Of a DNA stretch of 64,000 nt, positions 18,765-28,020 are shown piece by piece. Made by a program: the position numbers and the translations under genes. The notes beneath the pieces were generated by a model. That model saw nothing but the letters and a program-made list of their open reading frames with translations, did not search any database and had not been told where the DNA came from. The DNA comes from Thermoproteota archaeon (GTDB taxonomy: Archaea > Korarchaeota > Korarchaeia > Korarchaeales > Korarchaeaceae). Within the stretch, counting starts at the first letter, position 1. Every line of letters starts with the position of its first letter. Where the stretch lies: contig JAOZFN010000017.1 of NCBI GenBank assembly GCA_027492205.1, forward strand, positions 64,001-128,000, written 5' to 3'.

Positions 18765-21700
18765 TCAGACATCGACCGCGAGCTTTGAGAGCACCTGCGC
18801 GGGGTCGAACATCTCCCTGGACCTCACGGCGGCCTCCTCCACGTAGAACCTGATCGCTAGCTTCAGGGAGCCGTCGTCGATCTTTATTGGATCCTCCGAG
18901 TCCTCGGCGAAGTACCTCATGAGCGCCAGTGCCGAGGCGAGCTGTATCGCCCTTACCTCAAGCCTCGGAGAGAACCCCGGCCTGTCTCCAGGAATCTCAG
19001 ATAGGACGGCGTCCCTAGCCCTGGAGACGGCCTCGTAAACCCCCTCGTCCACCACGACCGGCCTCTCGGCCAGCCTGCCCCTCACGAGCGGGTGGCCAGT
19101 CTCGGCCGCGTGGACCAGCGTGAGGTGGGCCCTGAGCGTCTCGGAGCCCTCCAGCCTCACCCTCCCGAGGGCCATCTCCATCTGCCTCCTGGCTATCTCC
19201 ACGTACCTCTCCTTGGTCATGCGGTGGAGCCTGCAGAGCATCCTCTCCTCGATGGCGTTGAAGTTGGGGTCTGACACGGTCACCTCGTACCCCCTGAGTC
19301 CGACCCTGGTGTTGTACGCCACGCTGAGGAAGCATGTGAATCTATAGGGCCCTATGGTCCTGCGGGCGGTCTCGTACCTTATGGTCCCGTGCTCCATGGC
19401 CAGCTTCAGGGCCTCGACCATTCCAGAGTTGTGGACGAGTATGGCGTTGGCGAAGAAGTTCCGGTTGCCCGGCACGGCGATATCGTAAACCCGGAATCTA
19501 CCCTTAAGAACCCTCTTCTCGGCAATCCTCTCAAAGATAAGGGGGCCCATCGCAAGCCGCTCGGCGAGCTGAAGGGCGTGACCACTTAAATCCTTAGAGG
19601 AGAGCCTCTTTAAGACCAGAACATACTTCTGGACCCCCCTCTTACTGATGGCGCCTCCCCCGCCACTTTCCCACCTTAGCAGGCTGCTGTCTGGAATCGC
19701 TCTACGCATCTCTGATCGGGAGACCCCAGCACTCTCCCTTGCGGATATCAAGATAGGGGCTGCCACCTCGAGTGGGATCGTCCTAGTCTTGGTTCTGGGG
19801 GCCCCCCTATATCTTTCAAGTAGAGATCTCAGCTTAGACGACTTTCTACTTGAGAAGAAGCCGATCTCCTCAGAAAATCTGATTATGCTGTCCCTGTCAG
19901 CTATTTCCACCGTATAGAGTCCGTCAGACGACCTGTAGATCCTCGAGGTGACACCGAATCGGTGGAGTAGTAGGTGAACCTTGAGGGCCAGCGTGCCACT
20001 CGTGGTGCTCAAGGCCACCCTGCCGCCGTAGGGTCGCCTGATGTGAACCGTGCCGTCTGTATCAAAGAGCCCCCTGAGCAGCTCCCTAACGTGGGCCTTT
20101 GGCATCCTCAGAACGCGCGACGGTATGTCAACGCTCCTGGCCTTCTTCCCCGCGGGCACACCAAATCTTTCGAGCAGGGTCGCAAGGACAGAGTTGTTTA
20201 CGTACAGTGTACCTCCCTCATCCACGTAGCCTACACCGAAGTTCTCCCTAACTATCCTCAGGCACCTCTCAACGACGTCGGGATCCGTGGGGCAGTAAAG
20301 CCTGACTCTCCTCCTCTGGTTTATCGTGCCGTCTCCCATAACGGCCCCGACGAAGTACATGAAGGTTGGATGAACCTCTTTGGGCAAACTTAGCTCGCTG
20401 CTCGCTTTTGAGGCGCTCTCTACAAAGTCCAAGACGTCGAATTTCAGCCCGAGTTCAAAGGCCAACCGGCGGAGGGTCCTTAGGGGGACGGAGCACCTGC
20501 CGGTGATGTACGAGTAGAGCGTCGTGTACTTTATACCGAGCTTTGACGAAAAGGTCTTCAAATTACCATACTTTTCTACGGCTATTTTTCGCAGATTTTC
20601 GAGAAACTCCGACTTGACCTTAACGTTCACGTCGTCAGGCAGAAAGTCGGTGAACCTCTGCCTCCCCCCATCGGCGGCTATCAGCTCAGGAATGGTCGCC
20701 AGAGAGATCACGTAATCTCCAACCTCAAACTCTCTGGCCGGCTTCCACACGATCCCCCCGCTTGTCATAACTGGGAGGGGGTGATCTTCTGTCAGCCTCA
20801 GCACCTTACCACTCTCCGTTCTCAGCTCTATTACCCTGTCAACCTCCCGAGCGCTGAAGTCTGCTATCCTGACGGCCTCCAGCTCGAGCGTTTGCGGGTT
20901 CACCGTGAGGACCTCTAACTGCTCCCTCCTCTCGACCAGCTCTCCGATCGGAACTAAACCCCCGTCGGCAGCAAGCACCAGTGAGTCGTACGTCAAGCAG
21001 TAGCGAAACCAGTCGTTGAACTCGGGGACGATGAAGTTGTACTTGAGGCCCTCGTAGGCCTGGCCGAGGCGGATAAACTTGGCCGGGGTCATGCCCCCGC
21101 AGTACCTGTTCCTCCCGGGGAGGCCGTGAGGAGGTATCGCCCTCCGCTCGTCTCCCAGGATCATCGTCGCTATGGAGAAGCTCTTCCCGGTGCCGGGCTC
21201 CCCGAAGAGCGCCAGGTTGAAGCCGGTCCTCATGGTCACCGTGCCGGTCGCTGCTGAGACGACCGGCGCGTCGGCTATGGAGTACTGCTGGGCCAAGGCC
21301 AGCAGGATGTCGTAGTAGAGGAGGTCGCCGAACGTGGACCTGAGGCGGCCGGCGAGGGTCGTGGAGGAGAAGACCCTCCCGAACTCCACGACCTCCTCGA
21401 ACCTCTTCTCCAGGGCCTCCCTGAGCGCGGCCTGGAACTCGGCCTCCATCCCCATGATCTCCGGCATCTCCGACCTGGCCGCCGGGTCCATGCGCCTGTA
21501 CCTAGAATTCAGCTCCTCCACGGCGTCCTCGACGGGCTTCTTGGCTTCCTCCAGCCTGCAGATCCTGCCATCCGGCATTCTGGCGGCGAGGCCTAGGTCC
21601 AGAAGCCACCTCAAGAACTCCTTCGAGTAAGGGATGCCCCTCACCTTCAGCTTGGCTGAGAACTCCCTCTCAGTGAGGCCGTCGTCGGCGCCCATTAGGA

Positions 21701-22031
21701 TCTCCAGGGCCCTGACGGCCGACTCACCCCAGACCCTCGCGGTCTCCACCACGGCCTCCCGAATCTCGTCCCACGAACTACCCTCCACCAGCTCGGAGCC
21801 CCTCACCGTGTAGAACCTTCCGCTGAACCTGAAGTCAGGTCCAGGTCCCAGGTCTCGGAGGAACTCCCTGAGCTCCTCGGCGGTTATGGATCTGGCTGAG
21901 CTCCACGCCTTCTCATCGTCCACCTCCCGCCCGAAGTAAGCGGCGGCCCTCTTGATGATCATGTACCGCTCCCACGCCTTCGTCCCCCTCCTCCTAGACG
22001 ATCTCCCGCGGCGCCCGATTAGCGGGGGCAT
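18765..22031 (-). CDS. Divergent MCM-like AAA+ ATPase (564-aa extein) interrupted by an intein
   Basis: NLALFGEPGTGKS, FIVPEFND, LKLAMEHGTI, AIEERM, FSPRLEVRAIQLA parallel MCM motifs; no MCM OB/Zn N-domain seen. Confidence 0.75.
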   Translation of the reverse strand: MPPLIGRRGRSSRRRGTKAWERYMIIKRAAAYFGREVDDEKAWSSARSITAEELREFLRDLGPGPDFRFSGRFYTVRGSELVEGSSWDEIREAVVETARVWGESAVRALEILMGADDGLTEREFSAKLKVRGIPYSKEFLRWLLDLGLAARMPDGRICRLEEAKKPVEDAVEELNSRYRRMDPAARSEMPEIMGMEAEFQAALREALEKRFEEVVEFGRVFSSTTLAGRLRSTFGDLLYYDILLALAQQYSIADAPVVSAATGTVTMRTGFNLALFGEPGTGKSFSIATMILGDERRAIPPHGLPGRNRYCGGMTPAKFIRLGQAYEGLKYNFIVPEFNDWFRYCLTYDSLVLAADGGLVPIGELVERREQLEVLTVNPQTLELEAVRIADFSAREVDRVIELRTESGKVLRLTEDHPLPVMTSGGIVWKPAREFEVGDYVISLATIPELIAADGGRQRFTDFLPDDVNVKVKSEFLENLRKIAVEKYGNLKTFSSKLGIKYTTLYSYITGRCSVPLRTLRRLAFELGLKFDVLDFVESASKASSELSLPKEVHPTFMYFVGAVMGDGTINQRRRVRLYCPTDPDVVERCLRIVRENFGVGYVDEGGTLYVNNSVLATLLERFGVPAGKKARSVDIPSRVLRMPKAHVRELLRGLFDTDGTVHIRRPYGGRVALSTTSGTLALKVHLLLHRFGVTSRIYRSSDGLYTVEIADRDSIIRFSEEIGFFSSRKSSKLRSLLERYRGAPRTKTRTIPLEVAAPILISARESAGVSRSEMRRAIPDSSLLRWESGGGGAISKRGVQKYVLVLKRLSSKDLSGHALQLAERLAMGPLIFERIAEKRVLKGRFRVYDIAVPGNRNFFANAILVHNSGMVEALKLAMEHGTIRYETARRTIGPYRFTCFLSVAYNTRVGLRGYEVTVSDPNFNAIEERMLCRLHRMTKERYVEIARRQMEMALGRVRLEGSETLRAHLTLVHAAETGHPLVRGRLAERPVVVDEGVYEAVSRARDAVLSEIPGDRPGFSPRLEVRAIQLASALALMRYFAEDSEDPIKIDDGSLKLAIRFYVEEAAVRSREMFDPAQVLSKLAVDV
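19428..20999 (-). mobile_element. Intein with LAGLIDADG homing endonuclease (524 aa)
   Basis: Block A CLTYDSLV, block B LTEDHP, VGAVMGDG and LRGLFDTDG, block F VYDIAV, block G ILVHN/S; visibly lower GC than flanks. Confidence 0.95.
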
Positions 22032-22056
22032 GGGGGCACCTCCAGCAGTCCTGGGG

Positions 22057-23364
22057 TTAAGGGGTCCCGCAGACTGGTGGAGAACTCAGCAGGCCGTCGG
22101 ATCCGCCGGTCGTGAACCAGACGCTGGCGAACATGGACTCCCCTCCGTCGTCCACGGGGATCTCGCACGTGAAGGTCTCGCCGTCCGCGGTCTCCATCCT
22201 GGCGGACTTCCAGCCCCCCTCGGCGGAGGCGTACCAGAGGTTTACGTTCCTCACCACCGCGCCGTTGCCGGACACCCGGACTGAGACCCTGTAGACGTCG
22301 CCCTCGCGGTTCACCGAGAGTTCCCCTATCTCCGGGAGGGGGCTCCCGACGATGACGTGCTTGAGGAACGCCCTCCAGGCCGCGCTGGCCTGGGCGAGCG
22401 TCGCGTTCTCAAATCCCTCCATCTCTCCCGGGACTATGGATATCGTGGTGGCCCTCGCGCTCCTGAGCGCCCCCTCGACCTCGCAGGCGCTGAAGGCGTC
22501 CACGGAGACCATCACCGAGAGATTGGCGGCGTCGAGCAGGCCGACGGGGTTGTAGAACCTCATGATCTTCTCCTGCGTCTCATCGGAGATCGACCTGACC
22601 GCCTCCAAGACCTCGGGCGAGCAGCCCCCGCCGGACTGGAGGTCCCAGGCCACCGGGTCCCTGAGCTGGACCGCCACTATCCTCGGGTCGGCAGCCGCCG
22701 CCACGGCCGCGGCCCAGCCAGAGATCCCCCTGCCCGAGACCACGAACCTCGTGGGGTGGGCCGGGCTGACTGTGTTCACCAGCGTGGCCGCCCGCATTAT
22801 GGCAGCGGCCATCGCGTGGAGCAGGAAGTCTTCGTCGGATCCCGATGGGCCGAGGCTCTGGATCGACTGAAGGACCGCCGAGAACTTTCCTTCCGGGGTG
22901 AGCCCGGGCGGGAGGTCGTAGAGGAGCAGAACCGGTACTCCGGACTCGGCGGCGGCCCTCAGGCCGAACATCTCCAGGAACTTGTCGTTGGCCTCGTCGG
23001 GCTCGGCCACCACTATGGCCGCCGCGTCGGAGCTGGCCCCCATGGGCTCGACCAGGACGGCGCGGTGGGTCCACACGAGCCCGCCCCACCGCACGCTGTT
23101 GAATCGGAGGACCGTTATGGTGAACCCCATGTCCTGGTAGAGGTAGGGCTCGCTTGTGCCGATCACGATCCGCAGCGTCTCGTTTCGGAGTATCTCGCTC
23201 ATGTCGAAGGGGGGTGCTGAGGCCGCTCCGATGCCGCCCCGTCGGGGCCACAGGAGGAATGCCGCGATGGCGGCGACGGCTATCAAGACGACGGCCGCCG
23301 CCGCGAGGGAAGTCCGCATCTCGCGCATCCCCGGCGGCGGGCGTATAAAGCCGTCACCCCTCAT
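22057..23364 (-). CDS. PqaA-like alpha/beta-hydrolase-fold membrane-anchored protein
   Basis: S.RWGG..WTH, FVVSGRGISGW...AADPRIVAV; N-terminal TM helix. Confidence 0.65.
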   Translation of the reverse strand: MRGDGFIRPPPGMREMRTSLAAAAVVLIAVAAIAAFLLWPRRGGIGAASAPPFDMSEILRNETLRIVIGTSEPYLYQDMGFTITVLRFNSVRWGGLVWTHRAVLVEPMGASSDAAAIVVAEPDEANDKFLEMFGLRAAAESGVPVLLLYDLPPGLTPEGKFSAVLQSIQSLGPSGSDEDFLLHAMAAAIMRAATLVNTVSPAHPTRFVVSGRGISGWAAAVAAAADPRIVAVQLRDPVAWDLQSGGGCSPEVLEAVRSISDETQEKIMRFYNPVGLLDAANLSVMVSVDAFSACEVEGALRSARATTISIVPGEMEGFENATLAQASAAWRAFLKHVIVGSPLPEIGELSVNREGDVYRVSVRVSGNGAVVRNVNLWYASAEGGWKSARMETADGETFTCEIPVDDGGESMFASVWFTTGGSDGLLSSPPVCGTP

Positions 23365-24164
23365 CCTCGGGAGATCCGCCTGGCCACCTCCAGGAGCCCC
23401 TTGGCGGTCTCCGACGGCAGGCCTAGGCGCTCGAGTTCCCGCTCACTCGCCCTCGACAGTTCGTCTACCGTAACTATCCCGGCCTGAACGAGCGTTCGGA
23501 TTGCGACCTCGGGGCCTTGCAGGGCGGTGACCGGGTAGAGTCCCTTGAGGTCTATTAGTTCCCTCAGGCTGGCCCCAGGCGGTCCATCCCACCACGTGAC
23601 CTTCAGTCCGACGCACTGTGCGTACCTGCGTGCCGCCTCCGTGATCCGCGTGTTGGTGATCAGCCAGGGCTCGTCGAAGTACCTTTCCAGGTCTAGGAAC
23701 CTGGCGTACGTGTACATCGCGGGCTTGAGGTCCGTGTAGATCCCTCGAGAGTTGTGAAACTTGCACTCCACCATCACCCTCATGCCATCGACCTCGAGAG
23801 CGACGTCCACCTCCTGATCTACGCACTTGCCCCTGAAGACATGGCCCACGTGCAGAACCCTGTAGCCGTGAGCCTCGAGAACCCTAGCCACGTACCGCTC
23901 GAAGGGGTATCCCGTCGGCCCCAGTCTCATGATGGCCCTCTTGAGGTCGTACCTGGCAGCCGCGTCGTGCCTCTCCAGGGACCTTAGGGCCTCTAACGCC
24001 ATCTCGAGCAGCTCTCGCGTCGTGATGCCATCGTAAGCCTTGGAGGCGACCCTGCGAACAACCTCGTCCGCGAGTTCTCGGTCGGCCCCGGCCCGCATCA
24101 GGGTCTTCCTCAGCTTGGACGGGTCGAACTTCTCCAGCCTCCCGTCCCACTTCCTGACCCTCAT
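23361..24164 (-). CDS. ATP-cone + Mrr-like PD-(D/E)xK endonuclease + HhH tail
   Basis: VRKWDGRLEKFDPSKL; LGPTGYPFE; EVDV..MVECKFH; WLITNTRIT. Confidence 0.88.
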   Translation of the reverse strand: MRVRKWDGRLEKFDPSKLRKTLMRAGADRELADEVVRRVASKAYDGITTRELLEMALEALRSLERHDAAARYDLKRAIMRLGPTGYPFERYVARVLEAHGYRVLHVGHVFRGKCVDQEVDVALEVDGMRVMVECKFHNSRGIYTDLKPAMYTYARFLDLERYFDEPWLITNTRITEAARRYAQCVGLKVTWWDGPPGASLRELIDLKGLYPVTALQGPEVAIRTLVQAGIVTVDELSRASERELERLGLPSETAKGLLEVARRISRG

Positions 24165-24212
24165 CGAGGCCCGCCTCCTGAGGGGGGACGCAGGTGACCC
24201 GCCGCGGCCGGC

Positions 24213-24608
24213 TCAGGAGGACTTCGATTCGGCGTGTGAGCGCTCCCTGAAGTCCCTCGCGAGTGTAGCCGAGAATATTATGAGCGAGCTGAGCCTGTCC
24301 GGGTTTATCGAGTCCCCCCAGACCTCCCCAGAGATCAACAGGTCGCCTGCGGGGTCGCAGCCGTACTTCACGTGGCTGAGCCCTGGGTTCTGCTCCAGCA
24401 GCCACCTCTCAAAGCCTGAGACGGGAGTCGGGGGGTCGGTATTGGCATATATTTCGACGCGGCTCCTATCCTCGTCTATGACCAGGAACACCCTAACCGC
24501 GTACTCGTCGAGCCCGAAAACCACGAGAAACGTGCCCTCCTCCGGTTCGACGAACTTCAGCTCGGACTGCTCGAGGCAGGATCGCACGTGATCGACCAGC
24601 GAACCCAT
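24213..24608 (-). CDS. YbjN / type III chaperone-like domain protein
   Basis: 131 aa; WLLEQN....VKYGCD..GDLLI pattern. Confidence 0.65.
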   Translation of the reverse strand: MGSLVDHVRSCLEQSELKFVEPEEGTFLVVFGLDEYAVRVFLVIDEDRSRVEIYANTDPPTPVSGFERWLLEQNPGLSHVKYGCDPAGDLLISGEVWGDSINPDRLSSLIIFSATLARDFRERSHAESKSS

Positions 24609-24690
24609 GTAGCAACCACCACTGCGCCTAGAAGAGTTGAGAAGCCTGAGCTTTAATCGTTTCAGTCCGGAGAGGCGGGGGGAGGCAGGA

Positions 24691-25104
24691 TTGCCGCCGG
24701 AGGTCTCCGAGATAGTGATCCCGGCCGAGCTTCTCGACGGGCTAATCCGGGAGCTGACGAGCGCCTCTGTGGAGAAGGCGGCGCTTCTCTTCGGCAGGTT
24801 CGCCGACAGAGAGGCCAGGGTGACCAGGGGGGTCGTGGCGAAGAACGTCGAGGAGTCGCCGACCCGCTTCATCGTCGACCCGGCATTCCTCCTCAGGCAG
24901 CTTCAGGAGGCGGACGAGCGGGGGGAGGAGCTGGTCGGCGTGATCCACTCTCATCCGGCCCCCGCCCGTCCCTCCGAGGAGGACCTCAGGTTCATGGAGG
25001 TCAACCCGGTCGTGTGGATCATAGCGTCCTCAACGACCGGCGAGATCAGGGCCTACCAGCTGGCCATCGGGCGCCTGAGGGAGGTCCGGATAGTCCGGGC
25101 CTGA
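24691..25104 (+). CDS. JAMM/MPN+ metalloprotease (desampylase-like)
   Basis: E..ALLFG; VGVIHSHP....PSEED. Confidence 0.92.
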   Translation: MPPEVSEIVIPAELLDGLIRELTSASVEKAALLFGRFADREARVTRGVVAKNVEESPTRFIVDPAFLLRQLQEADERGEELVGVIHSHPAPARPSEEDLRFMEVNPVVWIIASSTTGEIRAYQLAIGRLREVRIVRA

Positions 25105-25109
25105 CCCGC

Positions 25110-25748
25110 TCACCCCGACGCCAGGATCTCCCCCACCCAGTCGACCACGGCGGAGTGCACCATCTCCGCCGCCACGCCCGCTATGATGATGGCCATGAAC
25201 CTCCCGAGGGCCCTGGTCCCGTTGACGCCGAGGACCCTCACCAGCTGGAGAGAGTGCTTGAGGAGGATGTAGGTGACTCCAACGACCAGGGCTATCGCCG
25301 CCAGGAGCACCGCGGTCCCCTCGATGCGACCGCCCACCTCGGAGGGCAGGGTGGCCGAGAGGACGAGCACGGTCGTTATGGTGCCGGGGCCGACCAGGAG
25401 GGGGGTGGCCAGCGGAACCACAGCGAGCTCCTCCTTCTCCACCTCCCTGGTCCTGGGGACGCCCTTCAGCATGTCCACCGAGAGCACCATGAGCAGCACC
25501 CCGCCGCCCAGCTTGAGTCCAGAGACGCTGAGGCCCATGAAGGTCAGGAACTCCCTCCCAACTAGGGCGAAGGACGCCATGAGGGTGAATATCGTCACCG
25601 AGGCTGTCTTCACTATGGCCCTCCTCTCGGACAGGCTCAGCCCCTCGGTGAGGCTCAACATCGTCGGTATGACGCTCGGGGGGTTCAGTATGGCGAATAT
25701 CTGAACAGAAGAGATCCCCACCAACCTCGCCAGCTCGAGCGGGTCCAT
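25110..25748 (-). CDS. marC: MarC family membrane protein
   Basis: FAILNP, GGGVLL, VVPLATPLLVGPG, RFMAII. Confidence 0.92.
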   Translation of the reverse strand: MDPLELARLVGISSVQIFAILNPPSVIPTMLSLTEGLSLSERRAIVKTASVTIFTLMASFALVGREFLTFMGLSVSGLKLGGGVLLMVLSVDMLKGVPRTREVEKEELAVVPLATPLLVGPGTITTVLVLSATLPSEVGGRIEGTAVLLAAIALVVGVTYILLKHSLQLVRVLGVNGTRALGRFMAIIIAGVAAEMVHSAVVDWVGEILASG

Positions 25749-25842
25749 CCAGTCGTCCCCCCGCGCGCCGGTTAAGGCGGTTGCGCCGACGAGGGACGGC
25801 TCAAACTTATTGCCCGCCTGGGGCGGACAGACGAGATCGAAC

Positions 25843-26886
25843 TTGGACGTCAGGCTCACCATGTTGGGGCTGGCGATGGTGGCCCTGGCCGTGGCCCTCG
25901 CCCCTGTGGGGCCCCAGCGGCAGGTCCCGAGAGCGACGCCAGGCGCGACGGAGGCCCCGCCAACCCCGGTGGAGGTCCAGGCGGACAAAATCAGGGAGAG
26001 GGATCCGATAGAGGTCACGGTCAGGCAGGCCGTCCTGATCGAGAACCCGCTGAACGAGAGCGTCACGGGGTACGTGTACATGTCGATACCCATCAACGGC
26101 TCTCACCAAGAGGCTTACCTGGCGGACGCGCCGCCCGGGACAACGGTCCAGATCGACGACGAGGGGAACCCCTACCTCGTGATTGAGATGGAGCTCGGGC
26201 CCGGGGAGAGGACCTGGGTGAACGTGACGGTTAAGGTCGTGCTCAGGCCTTACGTAGTAAGCTGGGTGGCGTCCAGGCGGCAGTGGCCCCCACTGAACGT
26301 GACCAGCCTCTACACCGGGAGGACGACTTTCTGGGACACCTACAACGAGACGCTGAGGCGGCTGGCTTTCGACGTCGCCGGATCCGACGACGACCCCTAC
26401 CTAATAGTGAAGAGCCTGGCCCACTGGGTGTCGGGTCACCTAGACTACAACGTCAGGTTCGACAGACTCGGGTCCGACGGCGCCGTGAGGCGGGAGAGGA
26501 CGGGTCTCTACGTGTACGGCGACTGCACCGAGGTTGCAGACGTGTTCGTGACCCTCGCCAGGATCCTGGGCATTCCATCGAGGACGGCCTACGGCATAAT
26601 GAGGCTCAGGCCCTCAGCTACCTACTGGGCGAACCTCACGTCTCGCGACTACAGGGAGTGGACCGGCCACGTGTGGCCACAGGTCTACATCGAGCCGCTG
26701 GGCTGGGTGGATGTCGAGATGCTGGAGGGAGGCGCGCCCAAGGTTGGGGACTACTCGTGGAGGCACGTCGTCTACGGGATAGAGGCCAGGAAGTTCATGG
26801 GATCGGACTTCCTCGGGGCGTTCTGCAGGACCAGCTTCGGCAGCGAGCCGCTCTACCTGGAGGTAACGATCTCGGAGGGGTGGTGA
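25843..26886 (+). CDS. Secreted transglutaminase-like protein
   Basis: Signal peptide; GDCTE...ARILGIPSR, GHVW, GWVDVE. Confidence 0.85.
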   Translation: MDVRLTMLGLAMVALAVALAPVGPQRQVPRATPGATEAPPTPVEVQADKIRERDPIEVTVRQAVLIENPLNESVTGYVYMSIPINGSHQEAYLADAPPGTTVQIDDEGNPYLVIEMELGPGERTWVNVTVKVVLRPYVVSWVASRRQWPPLNVTSLYTGRTTFWDTYNETLRRLAFDVAGSDDDPYLIVKSLAHWVSGHLDYNVRFDRLGSDGAVRRERTGLYVYGDCTEVADVFVTLARILGIPSRTAYGIMRLRPSATYWANLTSRDYREWTGHVWPQVYIEPLGWVDVEMLEGGAPKVGDYSWRHVVYGIEARKFMGSDFLGAFCRTSFGSEPLYLEVTISEGW

Positions 26887-28008
26887 ATGCCGAAGAAAGC
26901 CAGAGGAGTGAAATCGCGGAGGGGCGCGGCCCTCCTCGCGACAGCGATCCTCGCGCTGTCGCTGGCGGGTCTTCGGCCGACCTCCTGCCAGCCCATCTGG
27001 ATCGGCCTCAACTTCGAGGTTCGACTGAGGGCCGACGGAACCGCCGTCGTGATCATCAGGGAGCACCCGTTCGCCCTCAACGGGACGAGCCTCTTCGGAG
27101 ACCAGGAGGTCCTGCTCAGGATGCTCCAGGAGGCGGAGGTCAATCGGGTGTACGCCGCCCTGATGTTCGCCTCCTCACCGGAGCACATCGAGACCGAGCT
27201 CCTGGGCCCGCCTGAGATCTCCCAGAACGAGACGGTCCTGGCCGACCCGCTGAACAGGGGGAGGATGGTCGAGTACGGGTGGGCCGTGGTAACGAGGATC
27301 CTCGTCAACCTTTCGACCGCCGAGTACGTCCGGGACCTGGGCGGCGGGAGGTACGAGATCAAGATCGTGGATCCGTTCACCGCCAGGGACCCCAGGAGCT
27401 GGATAGACGTCCTGAAGATCTCGTGGGACGAGGGAGTGGAGGTGCTGAACGTCGAGTGGGTCCCCAGCTCAGCCTCAGGCCCGACTGAGCGGGGAGACGG
27501 GTACCTCCTCTGGCTCAACTACAACGAGCCTTCCGCCCCGGACGCCTACGTACTGACCGCGCGCCTCCCCGGCCTGACGGTCGCCCCTCCCCCCGGGCTC
27601 TCCGTCAGGTTGGAGGCCAGCAGGGTGGGCGACGTCGTCGAGGTCAGGGTGTCCTCCGACCGAGTGAAGTACGCGGTGGTCAGGATAGTCGGCCCCGGCG
27701 AGGATCAGGCCAGGGGCGTCTCGCTAGACGTGGGAGGGTGGAGAACCGTCAGGTTCTACGCAGGCGCCCGCGACCTGAGGGCGGAGGTCTACGTCGGCGG
27801 CAGGAAGGTCGCCGAGGCGCCCGTCAGCGAGGGCCCCCCCACGGGAGTGGGTGGGGAGAGCCCGAACGCCTCTCAAGGCCCTTTGCCGGCCCTCCTGCTG
27901 GTGCTTGGCATCTTGACCTTCTTGGCTGGTCTCAGTCTCGGCGGGAGGGGTCGCAGGGAGAAAGAGGAGGGCCGGTTCGGCTGGCAGGTGGCCTGGGAGA
28001 CCTGGTAG
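26887..28008 (+). CDS. Hypothetical surface protein (signal peptide and C-terminal TM)
   Basis: N-terminal hydrophobic stretch, C-terminal LLLVLGILTFLAGL; abuts the TGase gene. Confidence 0.7.
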   Translation: MPKKARGVKSRRGAALLATAILALSLAGLRPTSCQPIWIGLNFEVRLRADGTAVVIIREHPFALNGTSLFGDQEVLLRMLQEAEVNRVYAALMFASSPEHIETELLGPPEISQNETVLADPLNRGRMVEYGWAVVTRILVNLSTAEYVRDLGGGRYEIKIVDPFTARDPRSWIDVLKISWDEGVEVLNVEWVPSSASGPTERGDGYLLWLNYNEPSAPDAYVLTARLPGLTVAPPPGLSVRLEASRVGDVVEVRVSSDRVKYAVVRIVGPGEDQARGVSLDVGGWRTVRFYAGARDLRAEVYVGGRKVAEAPVSEGPPTGVGGESPNASQGPLPALLLVLGILTFLAGLSLGGRGRREKEEGRFGWQVAWETW

Positions 28009-28020
28009 GCGACTCCCGCC

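Noticed and set aside
17330-24164. Integrated virus or plasmid (HerA + MCM-like + nuclease)
   Set aside because: No integrase, att repeats, tRNA target or structural genes; composition is host-like outside the intein
1-25104. MoaD/SAMP plus JAMM as a linked ubiquitin-like defence system
   Set aside because: The genes are 24 kb apart with no E1/E2 in the window; both are ordinary archaeal genes
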